Positions 1-14,931 of a stretch of DNA of 64,000 nt are shown here, in pieces. Positions within the stretch are counted from its first letter, which is position 1; every line of letters begins with the position of its first letter. The stretch is from Cycas panzhihuaensis (lineage: Eukaryota; Plantae; Cycadophyta): positions 190,471,741 to 190,535,740 of the forward strand of contig CM041465.1 in the NCBI GenBank assembly GCA_023213395.1. The letters run 5' to 3'. The position numbers and the translations under genes are program-made. Under the pieces are notes generated by a model. The model was not told where the DNA came from and did not search any database. It saw nothing but the letters and a program-made list of their open reading frames with translations.

Positions 1-59
1 GAAAAGAAACATTTTATTACTATATATTAAATGTATTTATATGTATATGATGCTTAGTT

Positions 60-1330
60 TATTAATTCTATTATATTTAGATGTATGACTAGCCTACTAA
101 AATAATTCTAAGAAATGTAGGAGGTTAACAAAATGGTAACCATTAGAGACAATAGTGATATAGAGGTAGTAAGAGTTAGAAGCATAACTATCATCATGAA
201 AAATAGAGAAAAATAATACTTAGAGAATGTGCTTTATTTGCTTAACTTGACAACTAATCATTATGAAAAATAGAGAAAAGTAATAGTCAGAAAATATGCT
301 TTATGTCCCTAATTTGACAACTAATCTCATTTTAGTAGGAGAAATTGAATAACAAAACATATCTATAATGTTTGCTTAAGGATAATGAATGATCTCAGAT
401 AAGTGAAATCAAGTTAAAGCTATAAGAATTAGAGATAATAGTCAATACAAACTTTAAGGTTACTCTAGAGTATAAACAACATTCCCTGTTGTATCTCCAA
501 AACAAAAAGTTTGGCATGAGAAAATGGGAGATCTAAAGTACTCTATTCTTTAGTAAATATAGAAGTTGAATATAGCATATGGCCTTGTGAAGATTGATGA
601 TAAGTACTACTTATGTAAATCCTATATTTTTAGTAAACAACACATAGAACCTTTTCTAGAAAAGAAAGCTTGGAAAGCTAGAGAGAAACTTGGCTTGGTA
701 TATTTAGATATCTATGGACTAGTGGTAGTTGTATTATTTGGAGGAGTAAATTTATCGCTTTCATTGATGACTATTTACAAATATTCTAGATTTATCCTTT
801 GAAGTAGAAATCTCAAGAATTCACATGTTTCAAACCATTTATGAAATGTGCATAGAATGAAAGTTATTATAAAATCACTAAGTTTAATTAGTTCTGTAAA
901 GATCAAGGGATTATAAGGCAATTTTCTATTACCTATATGCCTTTGGAGAATAGAGTAGTTGAGTGGATGAATATAACCTTTGTTGAGAAAACTAAGTTTA
1001 TGATAGAAGACAATGATATTATAGATTACTTATGGGTTAAAATTTTTAAGGTAGTTGCATAATTGACTAATAGAAGTACTATAAAGCATGTTAGAGATAA
1101 AATACCTAACAAGGCTTGGTTAAATAAACAACTAATTGTATGTCATTTCAGAGTTTTTTGGTGTGTAGTATATATGTATATCCCAAAGGAGAAATGATAA
1201 GTTAGTTGATAAAGACACAAAATACACCCTTGTAGAATACCTTAAGAAAAATAAAGTATATAGAGTTTTTAAGTTACTAACTAAGAGAGTCCACCTAACA
1301 ATAGATGTCATCTTTAATGTGGGTGATATA
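60..1330 (+). mobile_element. Degenerate Ty1/copia pol fragment (protease end, GAG-pre-integrase, integrase core)
   Basis: ORF 566-802 KQHIEPFLEKKAWKAREKLGLVYLDIYG matches the copia motif KQHRxPF..AWRAxxxLELVHxDxCG. The downstream YRVFKLLTKRVHLTIDVIFN matches the copia integrase end. Many stops and frameshifts. Confidence 0.85.
193..326 (+). repeat. 67-bp tandem duplication within the copia remnant
   Basis: atcatgaaaaatagagaaaa...ttgacaactaatc at 193-259 recurs at 260-326. Confidence 0.85.
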
Positions 1331-1461
1331 TTAGATTTAGGTTAATATTAAGAAGTAGATTACAGAGTAGTTTGAATATGCACCTAACAAAATATGATGA
1401 CGAGTAGCTTGGACCTACTATTAGTAAATCCATAGAGTTAAAATGTTTTTAGCATTTAGAG

Positions 1462-1924
1462 TGTTAGGATATTGATTTCCATAATTATAGATGCAATGTT
1501 TAACTAGTGGTGAGTTATCATTAGACAATATGAAATATTCTCACATATAATATGATTAGTTGATGTATCAACATGATATGAATGATTAATGCATGAGATG
1601 AAGAGCTTATTTAAGAGGGAAGAAAACTCTATCATTCTCCTATGGTTTTTTTCATCTTAAGTTTTTCACATATAAATTTGGTATGTTATGATGATATCTT
1701 TCTCTTGTGATTGTTATGCTATTTTAATATGTACATACTTCACTTTATTATGTTTGAATGTTTATTGTAAATACCTCACGAATATTTATATTTTACTATT
1801 ATTCATTACAATTTTATATCAATGAATGCTTTACATATCTATATACTTTAATATATTATCCTATACAATAAATTTTTAACATAGTAATAGAGTTTTCCCA
1901 TAAGTTATATAAAAACTTTTAACA
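1462..1924 (+). repeat. LTR (element E 5' LTR) with a degenerate PBS copy near its 3' end
   Basis: Starts tgttagg and ends ttttaaca, directly followed by a PBS. Internal aaca-tagtaatagag at 1878-1892. Confidence 0.7.
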
Positions 1925-1937
1925 TGGTATTAGAGCC
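1925..1937 (+). promoter_or_regulatory. tRNA-iMet primer binding site
   Basis: tggtattagagcc, one C>T change from consensus TGGTATCAGAGC(C). Confidence 0.85.
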
Positions 1938-4900
1938 TAGGTGAAGGTTAAAGTCCTAAAATAAAGGTGAAGATCCTAGTAAGACAATATATTAGAGATA
2001 TATTGCAAAATCATTAATAAGGTTGACAAAACAAGGATTAAAGAGTACATATATATGGTGATAATCCTTGCCATATAAGGATGATTAATGCATGCATTGT
2101 GAGAGCTAGGATTGAGCTAGTATGTAGGTTGATCTCATGACCCAAAAATATGTTATACGAATGATATGAGAATAAGATTATTAGGGTAATATGAAGAAGA
2201 GATGATGGAGATGAGGTGAAGAACATAAGATGTAATCTTATTATTGATAAGTAACCTTATTATAAATTCATATAGATATTTATTACACATGCAGATCTAT
2301 ATTCAAAGCATGTAAGTATTTTTAATGACGAAGAATGTTGTCACTTAAGCTCAGCTTTATAAGCATATGCAAGCTATAAACATGATGGAAAGTTGATGTA
2401 GCATGCATGGATGGTTGCAAACAGTATGCTAGATGATGGTGAAAATCTCTCATACCCAGTTTTATCTAATAAATTTTTTTGGTCTATGTTTTCTTATGGA
2501 TTTCCTTTTGGTTAAAGGTATTCCTTTTAGTAATTTATTATTAAGAGATAAATAAAAATTAATGCACATAAAAGGTTTAATTATTTATGGAGATTCCATG
2601 ATATATTTGATATGATTTTGAGGAAAATTTAGGGTTTAAAATAAGTTCTTCTTTATTTTACTATTATTAATAAACTATTGAAAATAATAAAATTAAGATT
2701 TGAAAGGATAAAGCTATTAGTGATTTATAAGATTATTCATTTCAAGGCTTGTTCATACAAACTAATAAAAAATATTATCACTCATAGAAGCCAGACCCAT
2801 GGCTATCTTAGGAAGAAGAGTATGTATAAGGTATATATTAATTTCTGGTCTATTTATGCATGTAGTAGGGTGCCATTAAGAAGCCACCAAGGCACATGGG
2901 TCATAACGTAGCTCAAGGGTATATATTGGTTTATACATAGCAAGGATAGATATAAGGGCAATCGACCACAAATCGTAAACATATGATTTAAAGTATACCA
3001 TTCATAGCTATGAGCGAAGGGTAAAAAATTATCGTAGGTCAAAGATTATTCAAATTACCACCTATTAGTAGGTACCATTAGAGGAAACAATATTTTATTA
3101 TGAGATCATCATAGAGAGACATTAACCGTAGAGAAGAGACTATTCATAGAGGCTCATCTATAAGATAATGATTTATTATTTCAATCACCCATAGAATTAT
3201 GTAAAAACCCATAATACATTTGAGAGTAGTCATATATATGGAAATCAATCACCTAGTGTACATGTGGTGGAAATTATCCATTAGATGAAGGGTTTGATCC
3301 CCATGTAATGGATGGAGTCATAATAGAAAACATAGCAAACTCATCACACAAAAGAAATCATAAGCTAAAATCCTAGTTTGGTAGTGGATGAATATTTTGG
3401 TAAAATATTATTTTTTATATTTAATTAAATTCAATACTTTCATGAAGTTTGCACAAGCACCTAAAAGGTTAATCCATGGTCACATGATCTCTATTCGTGA
3501 CGAGAATCTAAAAGACAAAAGTAACCAAGTCAACTTTTGACCCTTAATCAATTTTTTTGAAGCATATTATTAGTTTTATAAGTATAACATTGTTAGATGA
3601 TATTGAAATTGAGTGCTATTATTTGCATTAAAAATAAGACTTAGAGCTAGATGTAACAACTAATTACAAGGCATAATTTGAAGCTCACATGGAGGACATT
3701 TTAATTATTGAAGTTGAGAAAGCATATATTAACATGATTAAAAGCCCTTTTTTAAGAAATTTTAATTATGATTTGGAAACCTTTTATAATTTTAAAGGCT
3801 CTTAGGTTTATGTTGATATATATGGATGGTTGATAATGACTGGCTAAAATTTTGATTCAAAAATTTTATTATGAGGCATTTATGATATATTAAAGGATCA
3901 AAAGTTAAATATAAATCATATATGAAAACCTATAATGATGAATAAAGATATGTTTTACATGTTGGACATAATTGAAAGTACTCCTAAGGCATTTTACACA
4001 TTTGATGAAGTGGACTATATAGCACTAATCAAATGAATTTGGTATCAGTTGATGAGATGATGAAATCACTTAATTATTTGGTTACATGAGTGAAGGACAG
4101 ATAAGGATGCCACTTGATTATTGTTGTTTAGATTAATATTGGATGAAAGTTAATGAAATTATTATTGATTAAGGATGTTGTTGATGGTTGAGTCTATGGT
4201 TGGATTGAATGTAAGTTTTTCACAACTAACATTATACTCTTATTAACTAATATATCAACATGAGTACAATTACAAAGCAAAAATCTCAAAGTTACAAAGG
4301 TTAGAATAATAAATAAATAAATGATCACCTCATAATTTTGCAAGTGGTCCACTAAGAGTAGAAACTCAAAGATTGATCTCTAAAATTGTAAAATGAAAGA
4401 AGGTATATAAAAAACAAGTCTCTTCAAAAACTTGCAAGTGAGTTGATGAATGAAAAAGTGAGAATGACCAAGTGTAAAACTATAAAATAAAGATGCAAAC
4501 AAAGGAAAGCCCTTCATACTTTTACAAATGGACCTGTAAGATCCAAAACTTGTATATAAGATCACAAAATTATAAACCAATATATTCTAAAGTGAAATCT
4601 TGATTTTTAAACCCCTAAGGATGAACTATAATACACACAATAAAAGAATAAATTTGAGTGATTCAAAATGTATAAGAAACCTTGATTAAAAATCAACATT
4701 CTTAGATAAGAATAATGAATTCTCCATATAAAATTGACAAGTAGAAACATCCTAAGTATGAAGAGTATAGAAAGGCAGAACATAGGGTAGAGCTAGCAAG
4801 CACTAACATATTCACCCAAAACTATCTTGCTAAGAAAATAAATTAATATATAATTAGATTTCATGGGTGAGTATTAAAGGTTTCACCATGTCTAAGTAAG

Positions 4901-5232
4901 AAGGGGGATATATAAATACAAATATATAGGGGTATTTTAATAAAAGAGAACTTAATAGTAATGCCCACAATAATAACTACAAACCTTAATATGTCCACCA
5001 TAAGCTAGAGCCACCTATTGAGCCATAAGGGTATAATGAGGGTAAACTAACTTACCCTGGACCATAGATATAATCAAAGGAGGAAGAAAATCTATTCTAA
5101 TATACATTATTTACTAGGTAATATTAACCCATGTAAATATTTAATTCATATAAATTAATGTAGTTATCCCTTTAATGTGCATTAGGAGGTCATAGTGTGC
5201 ACACTTCTTTATTGTGATTAGTCATTAGTTAA

Positions 5233-5646
5233 TGTTACATAACTTATTCGGCTAAGTCATGTAAACCACTAGTATACAGAGAGCTATCAGCAAGTTATAA
5301 GACAAGGTTAATTATGGAACTTCATGCATGTGCCGTCAAGCTAGCCAATGGTATGTATGTCTATTGCCGTCTAATAGAATGTAAGGCCACTTAGGCCGTC
5401 AATAGGATTACATGTATAAGACCCTCTTTTGTCTATATAAGGGTCATAAATTATAAATGATGGATATCTTAATAAAACGTTTTATAAAGATTGTGTTGTG
5501 GTGCTTTCTATTTTCGGTGATCATTTAGCACTCTGGTGTTCCTGTGAAACTCTTAGTTCATTTGTTTGCCCTATTGGATAAAATGACGTAGTTGCGATTG
5601 TCATTTTTCTGCTATCTCAAGAATGTTGGTGAGAAGAAATATCTCA
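5233..5646 (+). repeat. 5' LTR of the chromovirus
   Basis: tgttacataac...atctca, direct repeat of 11459-11871. Confidence 0.95.
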
Positions 5647-5648
5647 AG

Positions 5649-5660
5649 TGGTATCGGAGC
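5649..5660 (+). promoter_or_regulatory. tRNA-iMet PBS
   Basis: tggtatcggagc, 2 nt after the LTR end. Confidence 0.9.
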
Positions 5661-6905
5661 TATGTTGCGATCGTGGGAAGATGCTCAGAAGATCAGATTT
5701 TTTTTTTTTTTTTCCCTATCAGATTGAGTACTCTCTCTACCACAGTAGAGATCGAGGAAAGACCTTTACTTAGTACTCTCTCCACGGAGATTAAGGAATG
5801 GTACTATGATGGTTCAAGAGTTAGGAGAAAATGGGAATTCCTTTTCCTAAGTAACACCAGTATTTTATCCTTATGTTTTTTGTCCAGTTTTAATTTCATT
5901 TTTGTATTTTAAATTCTGCATGAAATTATAACTCAAGGGTAGATAACTCTAATGGGAATCTACCCAAGTAGTCAGGTAGAGACCCTATACTGAGGATCTT
6001 TAAATATCACATGAATCTATCATTCTAATTAAGCGCATCGTGGCTCCTTCGCCCTTTGCGTAATAGACTAGAGTTAACACTCTTGAACTAAGCCCTAGAC
6101 AGAACTTGACTACGAAAGTATGCCTCCACGTATCCTCAGATATATAGGAGAACCCTCTTTAGGTCCTAATCCCTCCCTAGCATAGGCAATTATTTATCAT
6201 TAAAGCCTTTTAGTATAATGGTTAGTAGTTAGCGCCATGAAGCTACTTACCCTAAACTTCTACAGTTTATTGGCAAGCTTATAAGCCCAATCACACCTTG
6301 TCAAGTGGTTCGTAGGATACTTTGGTATACATATTTCAGGTTCAAACTACAAGTCACCTTTCATTTTAAAAAAAGAAGTTCCTCCTACTACCTAAACCTA
6401 GAACTTGTCAGTGGAGTCAGACCCACTACAGGAAGGAGGGAAAAAAAAAAAGAAAAGAAGGAAAAAAGAAAAAAAAAAAAAGAAGAGAAAAAGAAAGAAA
6501 AAAAAAACTCTACTTAGTTTAATGAGAAAATTTACCCTTACAAATATACACCTCATTTTGATCAGCACATCACACTAGTCAGTTTGCACTAGGTTGGTAC
6601 CTACCAGAAATTTTTACATTTTTTAGTACCTGGTCACTGGTGGATCCCACCACCTCCCATCCCCCGTACACTTCACATACCCCATTTGAACAAATGTTTC
6701 ACACTTGTTTGACAGAACCTGATATCTTGTTTATGTAAATTCCTTTAGGGTCAATAGGCTATAGACACCCCACAATCTCCTTATTTGCCCTCTTCTCTTT
6801 CTCTTAACAACTCTCTTTTTCTTACATCTCGTTCTTTTATAATCTTTCCCACTTCATTCATTCCCCTTCTTTCTACTTATTCCCACCTCTTTACTCTCTT
6901 TCTCC

Positions 6906-9900
6906 ATGGCTCCTCAGAGTAATAGTGTCAAAATCTTGGAACTCGAGACCCAAGTCATCAATATTCAGGAAAAATTGAGGATTTTGACCACATACACAAG
7001 GAGGTTAAATATGAAGTAGTTACCATGTGGGTAGAATTTACCTCAAGATTGTTAACCCTAGCATCCCATGATGATGTCTAAAATATAATTAATAGGTTAA
7101 ACAACTTCTCTGCTCCACTGCCAGTTAGCCCCACACAATAATAAATCGTGCCTCTACCTCCACGTCAGTAGCAACCATTTTATCATAAGATCAATATATC
7201 CACCTTTGATCTAGATCTTAATAGGGATAGTGCATGAAGTTAGATTAGCAAACTAGAGTCCTACTTTACACTCAACCTAATGTCTGTAAATGAACAACTT
7301 ACATTTTCTTCCATCTACTTAGATGGGAAGGCACATCATTAGTTCTGATGGTGGAAGTGGGAGTAACCCTCTAGCCAGTCTTGGGCACACTTATCTACTT
7401 GTTTTTTTGAGCAGTATGAAGATACTTGGAACTAATCTTTTTTCACATAGATAACATGTTTGAAGAAAGTATCCTTTGTTAATGTTTACACTGATGAGTT
7501 CCAATCTTTATGTAATTAGGTTGATCAACAACTTGATAAATAGACATAGATAGAACATATCCATCTAGGCTTAAAGAACGTATCCAAATGTACCTGAAGA
7601 TAGTCTCCCTATCTACTCTAAAAGATGTAATTAATATGGCCAAAGTAGTAGAAGTAGAGCTTCTCACATAAAGACCACCTCCATTCAAACGAGACTCCAC
7701 TTGGCTTTCATAATCCTAACAAGCTGATATTGCCTAATCCCAAAGCCCACATCCAACTGACTGCCAACAATCACGCCCATGACCAGAGGATATCCCAGCT
7801 ACATTTCTTGAGTAGCATGCTATGGAACCATCTTTGAAGTCCATACACATCACTCCAGCAGAGGCACAATGTCGTTGGGAAGCTGGTCTATGTATGGAAT
7901 GTTCTAGAAAATGGACCGCTGGTCATGGTAAAATCTGCAAAGTTAGAAAGATGGTCTTCATAATTGACCTAGACTTATCTTTGGAAGATGATCCTGAGAC
8001 TAAGCATAAATATGATGATGAATCCTAAGAACACCCTACTGATGAGTTGCCCCCAAACCCTGAGCTTGAAGTTTCCTTATCAAATGTTACCTCCATTGTA
8101 TATCTTAATCCACTTCTAGTCAAAGAAATACTTAGAAAAACCCCAATTACCATTTTGATCAATAGTGATTCATCGCTAAATTTCATCAATATCTCCATTG
8201 CTTGACAGTTGAATCTTAATATAGAACCTAAAATAGGCTTTACTTATTATTTACCTGGTCAACACACCCTCCATTGTGTTGGAATAATAAAAAATATCAT
8301 GGTCCATATTAGCTCATATACCCTTATCTCTTACTGTTATGCCATGTCCATAGGTGGATCAGATGTAATTCTTAGCATATAATGGCTCCAGACTCTAGGA
8401 ACTTATAGCACTAATAATTCATCCATGGTCCCCTTCATTATATTCAAAGATCACATGGGCCACTCTCATAAACTTTATGGGATGTAAGCCCCCCCAAACA
8501 AAGTAATCTCACCCACTTAAATGCGCTACCAACTCAATGGTAACATAGGATACATCATTTGTCTTAACCATATCTAGGCCCCTTCGGGTATCCACCCTGA
8601 TATCCAACAAAAATTAGATCAATACCAATCAGTATTTGCTTTGTTACCTACCAACCCCCCGCATGATCAAAGTTTTTACCATACTATTGAGTTATAAAGT
8701 TTACACAACTTGATTAGGCTTTGACCATAGAGGAACTTTTATTTGTAAAAAAATTAAATCGAAAAAATCATAAGGAAGTTATTGGACATGGGCATAATCC
8801 AACCTAGTAAAAGCCCATATGTGACATCCATTATTTTAGTTCACAAAAATGATGGCTCTTTCTGACTTTGCATTGACTACTATGCGCTCAATAAAATCAT
8901 CATAAAAAATAAGTTTCCCATGCCATGAATCGATAACATGTTAGATGAAATCCATGTGGCTACAATTTTCACCAAATTTGATTTATAGTCAGGATATTAC
9001 CAAATCCCTATCTTGCCAAAGAATCACCATAAAATGGCTTTCTAAAACCATCATGGCCAAATTGAGTTCCAAGTCATGCCCTTTGGCCTATGTAATGTTC
9101 CAGCCACTTTTTAGACCCTTATGAACAAGATCTTTTCCCCATACCTGTGAAAATTTGTCATCGTCTTCTTTAACGATATTCTTATCTATAACTTAAACAT
9201 GCCTTCTTACATCTTGCATCTAGAAATAGTCCTTCAAATCCTAGTTGAAAATAAACTATAGGGTAAACTCTCCAAATGTGTGTTTGGGAAATCTGAATTA
9301 TAATACCTTGGTTATATTATATCCTTTGTAGGGGTTCGAGTGCATCTCGATAAAATCTTTGTCATCACTAATTGGACAACCCCAAAAACCCTGACCCAAT
9401 TGTGGGATTTTCTAGGACTTAACTAGATTCTATCGTTGTTTCATTTGAAATTATGCCACACAAACCACCCCCTTATCCTACTTACTTCGAAAGGATTCCT
9501 TCCAATGGTCTCCCTCAGCTAATGAGGCCTTCCTCCATCTAAAGGAGGTCATGAAAACCACTCTAATTTTGGCTTCTCCTAACTTTTCTTGGCCTTTCCA
9601 ATTAGAATGCGATGCCTTTAGGTTTGGATTGGGTGCAGTCTTAATGCAAGACTTCCACCCCATCACCTTCGAAAGTCAGAAACTCAAAGATGATGAGTGT
9701 AGACTATCTACCTACTAAAAACAAATGAGGGCCATTCTCCATACTATTGACAAGTGGCAATAGTATCTACTTGGTTCTAAACTTACTATCCTTACTGATC
9801 ATCATAGCCTTCATCGCTTACTAGATCAACTAGTCCTCTCAAAAGAGTAGGTTAATTGGGTTGACTGCCTCCAAGTTTTTGATTTTACAATCACATATAA

Positions 9901-11447
9901 AAAGGGAAAAGATAACATTATAGAAGATGCTCTCTAGAGGCTACCTTCACCTACACTTGATGATAACATTGCTCACACTGAGGACCCCACCATTTATGCC
10001 ATTTCTTCCTCACAACTAACATGGATACAGGATTTAGCCATGGCTAACCAAACCTAACCTAATTTTATGTATTAGGATAATAAGGTCCACACTCATAAGG
10101 ATTGGTCCATCCAAAATAATCTTCTCTTATAGTAAAATTTCATATTCATACAACCCCAGTCAGCTTCTATATTGTAGATTTTATCATAATATCATTCTTC
10201 CCCCTCTTGGCAGTCATTTTGGTTTTGATAAAACTTATCATAGGATACATTTTGATTTCTTTTAGCTACAAATGAAATTTACCATCCTTACCTTTATCTC
10301 AGAATGTGACACATACCAATGTAACAAAGTAGATATAAAACCCCAACTATGCCTCTGTCAACCGTTGCATATCCCAAAAGGTAAATGGAAAGATATTGCC
10401 ATGGACTTTATAATGAGCCTACCACTATCTACTGGATCTAACTCCATTTTAGTAATCATAGATAGGTTGACAAAATAGGCCCACTTCTTACTTGTCTGCA
10501 TAACCTATAAAGCTCCACGTATCGCTGACATTTACATATAGATAATATTTCATTTGCATGGTTTTCCATCCAATATTATATGTGATCATGACCCTAAATT
10601 CACTAGTTCCTTTTGGCAGGAGTTATTTCGTGTGTCAGGAACATCATTTAATATGAGTTTGGCATACCATCCATAGATCAATGGCCAATTTAATGTCCTT
10701 AACAAAACTCTAGAGACCTACTTATTCTACTTTGGGTCTGATTACCAGTCTAAATAGACATCATGGCTAGCCCTAGCTGAGTATTAGTACAACACCTCAT
10801 ACTATTCAGTCATTAGAATGTCCTCATTTTTTACCCTCTATGGGTATCTCCCACTATCCCACCACACCTTGGCTACCAACCTTCGCATAATAGTAGTACA
10901 ACAAAAACTACAATATATGGACCAAATTCTCCACACCCTTAAATAAAACCTATCCATAACCCAAAATCAAATGAAACAATTAACAAACTGCCATCGCTTT
11001 GATCACTCCTTCGATATCGATGATATTATATTCCTTAGTCTCCAACCTTACAAGCAATAATCCCTTCACCATCATAAGAACTACAAACTTAGCTCTTGAT
11101 ATTATGGCCCCTATAAAGTCCTTAAATATATTGGTGAAGTTGCATATGCTCTTAACCTTCCCCCCACCAAAAATATACATAATATTTTTCATGTCTCCTA
11201 TCTTCGAAAATGTCTAAGCAAAATCCATATTCCCCAAACAATCCTTCTAATTTTGGACGAAGAGCAAACCTTGTCCATACCTATAAAATGTATACTAGCT
11301 ACCAGACAATGTCGTCTTTGGAATAGGTCCATTTTAGAATATTTGATATAGTGGATAGGCTATAACTCTGATGAAGCAACTTGGGAGTCTGAGGAGTTTA
11401 TCAAAGAGCACTTGCATCTCACATGTCTTAAGGACTTGACATCTTAA
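6906..11447 (+). pseudogene. Disrupted gag-pol of the chromovirus, with C-terminal chromodomain
   Basis: Gag zinc knuckle GLCMECSRKWTAGH; RT LCIDYYALNK, VMPFGLCN and VFFNDILIY; RNase H ECDAFRFGLGAVLMQ; integrase PKGKWKDIAMDFI; chromodomain EYLI*WIGYNSDEATWE. Dozens of premature stops. Confidence 0.92.
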
Positions 11448-11456
11448 GGGAGGGGA
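11446..11456 (+). promoter_or_regulatory. Polypurine tract
   Basis: aagggagggga just before the 3' LTR. Confidence 0.85.
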
Positions 11457-11458
11457 CC

Positions 11459-11871
11459 TATTATATAACTTATCCGACTAAGTTATGTAAACCACTAGTA
11501 TACTGAGAGCTATCATCAAGTTATAAGATAAGGTTAATTATGGAACTATGTGCATGTACCGTCAAACTGCCCAATGATATACATCGATGTTTCCATTTAA
11601 TAGAATGTAAGGCCACTTAGGCTGCCAATAGGATTACATATATAAGACCCTCTTTTGTTTATATAAGGGTCATAAATTATAAATAATGGTTATCTTGATA
11701 GAAGTTTTTATAAAGATTGTGCTATGGTGCTTTCTATTTCGGTGATCATTTAGCGCTCTGGTGTTCATGTGAAATTCTTGGTTCATTTGTTTGCCCTATT
11801 GAATAAAATGACACAGTTGCGACTGTCATATCTCTGCTATCTCAACAGTGCTGGTGAGAAGAAACGTCTTA
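11459..11871 (+). repeat. 3' LTR of the chromovirus (termini mutated to TA..TA)
   Basis: Direct repeat of 5233-5646, followed by TSD gttaa. Confidence 0.95.
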
Positions 11872-13471
11872 GTTAATTAAGTAGCTCTTAGAATTTGATT
11901 AGATAACTAGGTAGTGACACACACACACATACACAGATTTGGTATAATACAATTAGAGATGATTATTTGCCATAAGTATATTGTGTTATGTATTTGTACA
12001 TATTCTTTCATTTATTGTTCACTTGTATGTCTTTAATTTTATAGTCTTATTAGATCCTAGACTTGTGTATCAGTATTTAGTTCTTATAAGTGGTATTAGA
12101 GTATATTTTATTTTCCCATGTTCTTTCAATTGATATCAAAGCTTAGGTTTTAATTCTATAGTGATCCCACCAAAGCTTTGGTATAAGTTTATTTTTTGAC
12201 CCTGAATTAGATTATAAGAATATGAGTATATCCACTTATTAAGGGTTTATTATAATCTTATTTTAAGGATGCATATTTATGAACAGTATGGTAGGTTGCT
12301 TATTTATTTAAAGGGTGAAGTTCTATTATATGTTGTAGATGGTTTCAAACTATAATTATGCTAGGCACCTAGAAGCATATTCATGTCATAAGCCTAAAGC
12401 ATGTTGGTGCTTATGCGATATAAATCTAGCTTAGAGGATAGGTATTACAGTTATCTCAAATCTCACAAAGGTTTTCCACATGTTTAATTCATTATTGTGT
12501 TAGTTATTTACATATTTTTGCAATGTATATATAGCTGTTACTCATGAGTTGAAGAGTAAGGATTCAGATACAAGCTTGATCACCCAATGAAGTTAGTGTT
12601 GTGGTGGATTAGCTATGGTTTTTTACTTTATCATGAGGTGGAACCACGATTGAAGAGGGTTTTATGGCATGCTAAGAGTAGCAAATAGTTTGTTAGCCCA
12701 TGTAAAGAAAATTGGCATGTTTGGGGCTAGGTGTAGATCTTGTTGATATATTAAGAACTTATGTATGAAAAGCAATAACAAGCTACTTATATATATGTGG
12801 AATAAGAAGAAAGTTATTCAGGTGTGTTGGATACATCACCATATTAGTAAGTTAGAAGATTTAATATTTTCCATTTGATAAAAAGAGTTACTATGTATTC
12901 TCTTTGTTTCTAGTTTGCAGTAGAAAAGAGGGTTTGAAGGGTTTTAAAAGTAGTACCAACATGAAAACTTTTGAGAAAAACCTTGCGCTTGAGCATTAAA
13001 TGATAGAATTAAGTGATAAAAGGTAGATATAATGAAAAATTATCCCTTTGGAATTTTATTATATGGTTGGGCAACCTTGTTTTGCATCAGGCACCTTTTT
13101 AGTAGACTTAAAGAGAAATGAGAAAAATTGGACACTTTCCATTATTATCTTTTCCACTTTTAGTAAGTTTTAGGTAAAACTAGTGTTGCTATTATAAGTA
13201 GAATGTTTGTTTTACTCTAAAACGTTATTACGGATTATGATTCAATTAAACATCAAAGTATATAATCCATTTGATTAACCATAAACATGTGCAAGCCATG
13301 TGCACATTAAAGCAGGAATATTAGGTAGCGTTAACCTATGTGAATATTTAATTGATGTAAATCAATGTATCACTTTAATATATATTAGGAGGTCATAGTG
13401 TGCATGTTTCTTCATTAAAATTATTCATTAATTAACTACGTGGCTTGCAAAATATGATTAGGCAACCAATT

Positions 13472-13598
<127 letters not shown>

Positions 13599-13849
13599 TT
13601 TGGCATAGTATAATTGGAGGTGATCATTTCCTACAAGTATATTGTATTATATTTTTATCCATATTCTTTCATTTATTATTCATTTATATGTCTTCAATTT
13701 CATAGTCTTGTTAAATCCTAGGCATGTGTATGGCCATTTAGTTTCTTACAAGTGGTATCAGAGTATGTTTTGTTTGCCCATGTTCTTCCATTACCTCTTA
13801 GTCATTTTTCACTCTATCTTTTCTACTTTATACTTACTCATTCTGAAGT

Positions 13850-14931
13850 AGAACAATGTTGACCTAAAAACACATAGTAGAGGTGAGGTCTATCCAAAAG
13901 AGCTACTAAAGGTATTATTTAATGTCTAATATTAAATTTCCAAACTAAAGCTTATAGAAATCTTGTAGGGGTATTAACTAAATTGAATATAAGCGTTTTA
14001 GTAGTTTTTAATAATGGGAATTATATGAAAATTAGCTTCAGTATGTTCTATAAAAATATTTGCTATAATAGTAGTATTAAGTAGATAAATATGTATATAA
14101 GAGTATTACTTTAGCTTAAATCGATCCCATCTAGGGGATAAATTTAATAAATAAATTAACACGTGTCCATTATTGTATCAGTCTCCTTGGACTATTTTAA
14201 AGGTGCTAAATTATAGCTTGGTTTATAAGGTTTAGTTAAAGAAAGTCCATATTCCTAAAGGTTTGTGTGAGTCCTCTTGGTATTAAGAATGAATTTATAT
14301 TGAGTTCCATTTCCTCTGAATTAGTGAGAGTTGAGAAAATCCTCTTGAGGTTTGTGTGACTCTTGTCCTTATTTATCTTTATGTATATGAGTAATGCCTA
14401 TATGGTATGGGTTCACAACCTTATTTTTCATGAGTATTATATGGTATGAAACACACAACCCATTAAGATGAGAGATAGTGATCACACATATAGGATTATT
14501 ATCATGAATTGCATGGTATAGAACGTGCGAGTTAGTCTAAGAGATAGTCCAAGGAGATTGATTTAACATTGAGCCATCTGTGGTATTATATTTCTAAATA
14601 GAGTTATAGAAATTAAGTGAAGTGGATAGTTTAGAAATAATTCTATGGTATTTTCTTATAATCTTATAACTTAAGAAGTCATTAGGATAAGCTAAGGGCT
14701 AAGAGTTGAGTGATCTACTAGTTCTCCAATATTCATATCATTTGCTAGAACTTAATGGTATTTTTCTCCTTAAGAATTCTATTGGTTGGGTGGTGAATCA
14801 ATCATTGAATTAGTTGGTCACTCTAGACCTAGAGTAAGATTAGCTTATGCATGATGAATCAATCATTTGTAACCATCCAACTTCTCAAGCCCAAGTCTAG
14901 GTCAAGGTCATGTTACCCCTTCAAGGTGTAA
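13850..14931 (+). repeat. Probable remnant of a long Ty3-type LTR
   Basis: Internal repeats tatggtatg....cacaacc (14400-14460) and a terminus-like ...caaggtgtaac. No partner copy in the window. Confidence 0.3.

Larger units (their letters stand above)
1462..4200 (+). mobile_element. Truncated non-autonomous LTR element E (non-coding internal region, no 3' LTR seen)
   Basis: LTR and PBS present. 3780-4035 aligns with 18170-18432 (ttttaaaggctct...atttatgatat.taaagg.tcaaa...tgttggac...cactaatcaaatg). Confidence 0.5.
5233..11871 (+). mobile_element. Full-length degenerate Ty3/gypsy chromovirus, Reina-like
   Basis: LTRs of 414 and 413 bp, TSD gttaa (5228-5232 and 11872-11876), iMet PBS, PPT, and domain order gag-PR-RT-RH-INT-chromodomain. 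Confidence 0.95.

Noticed and set aside
4230-5110. LTR-like segment
   Set aside because: No partner copy, PBS or PPT could be assigned, so it is left unannotated.
6305-6517. Lys-rich ORF
   Set aside because: A-rich tract in the chromovirus leader.
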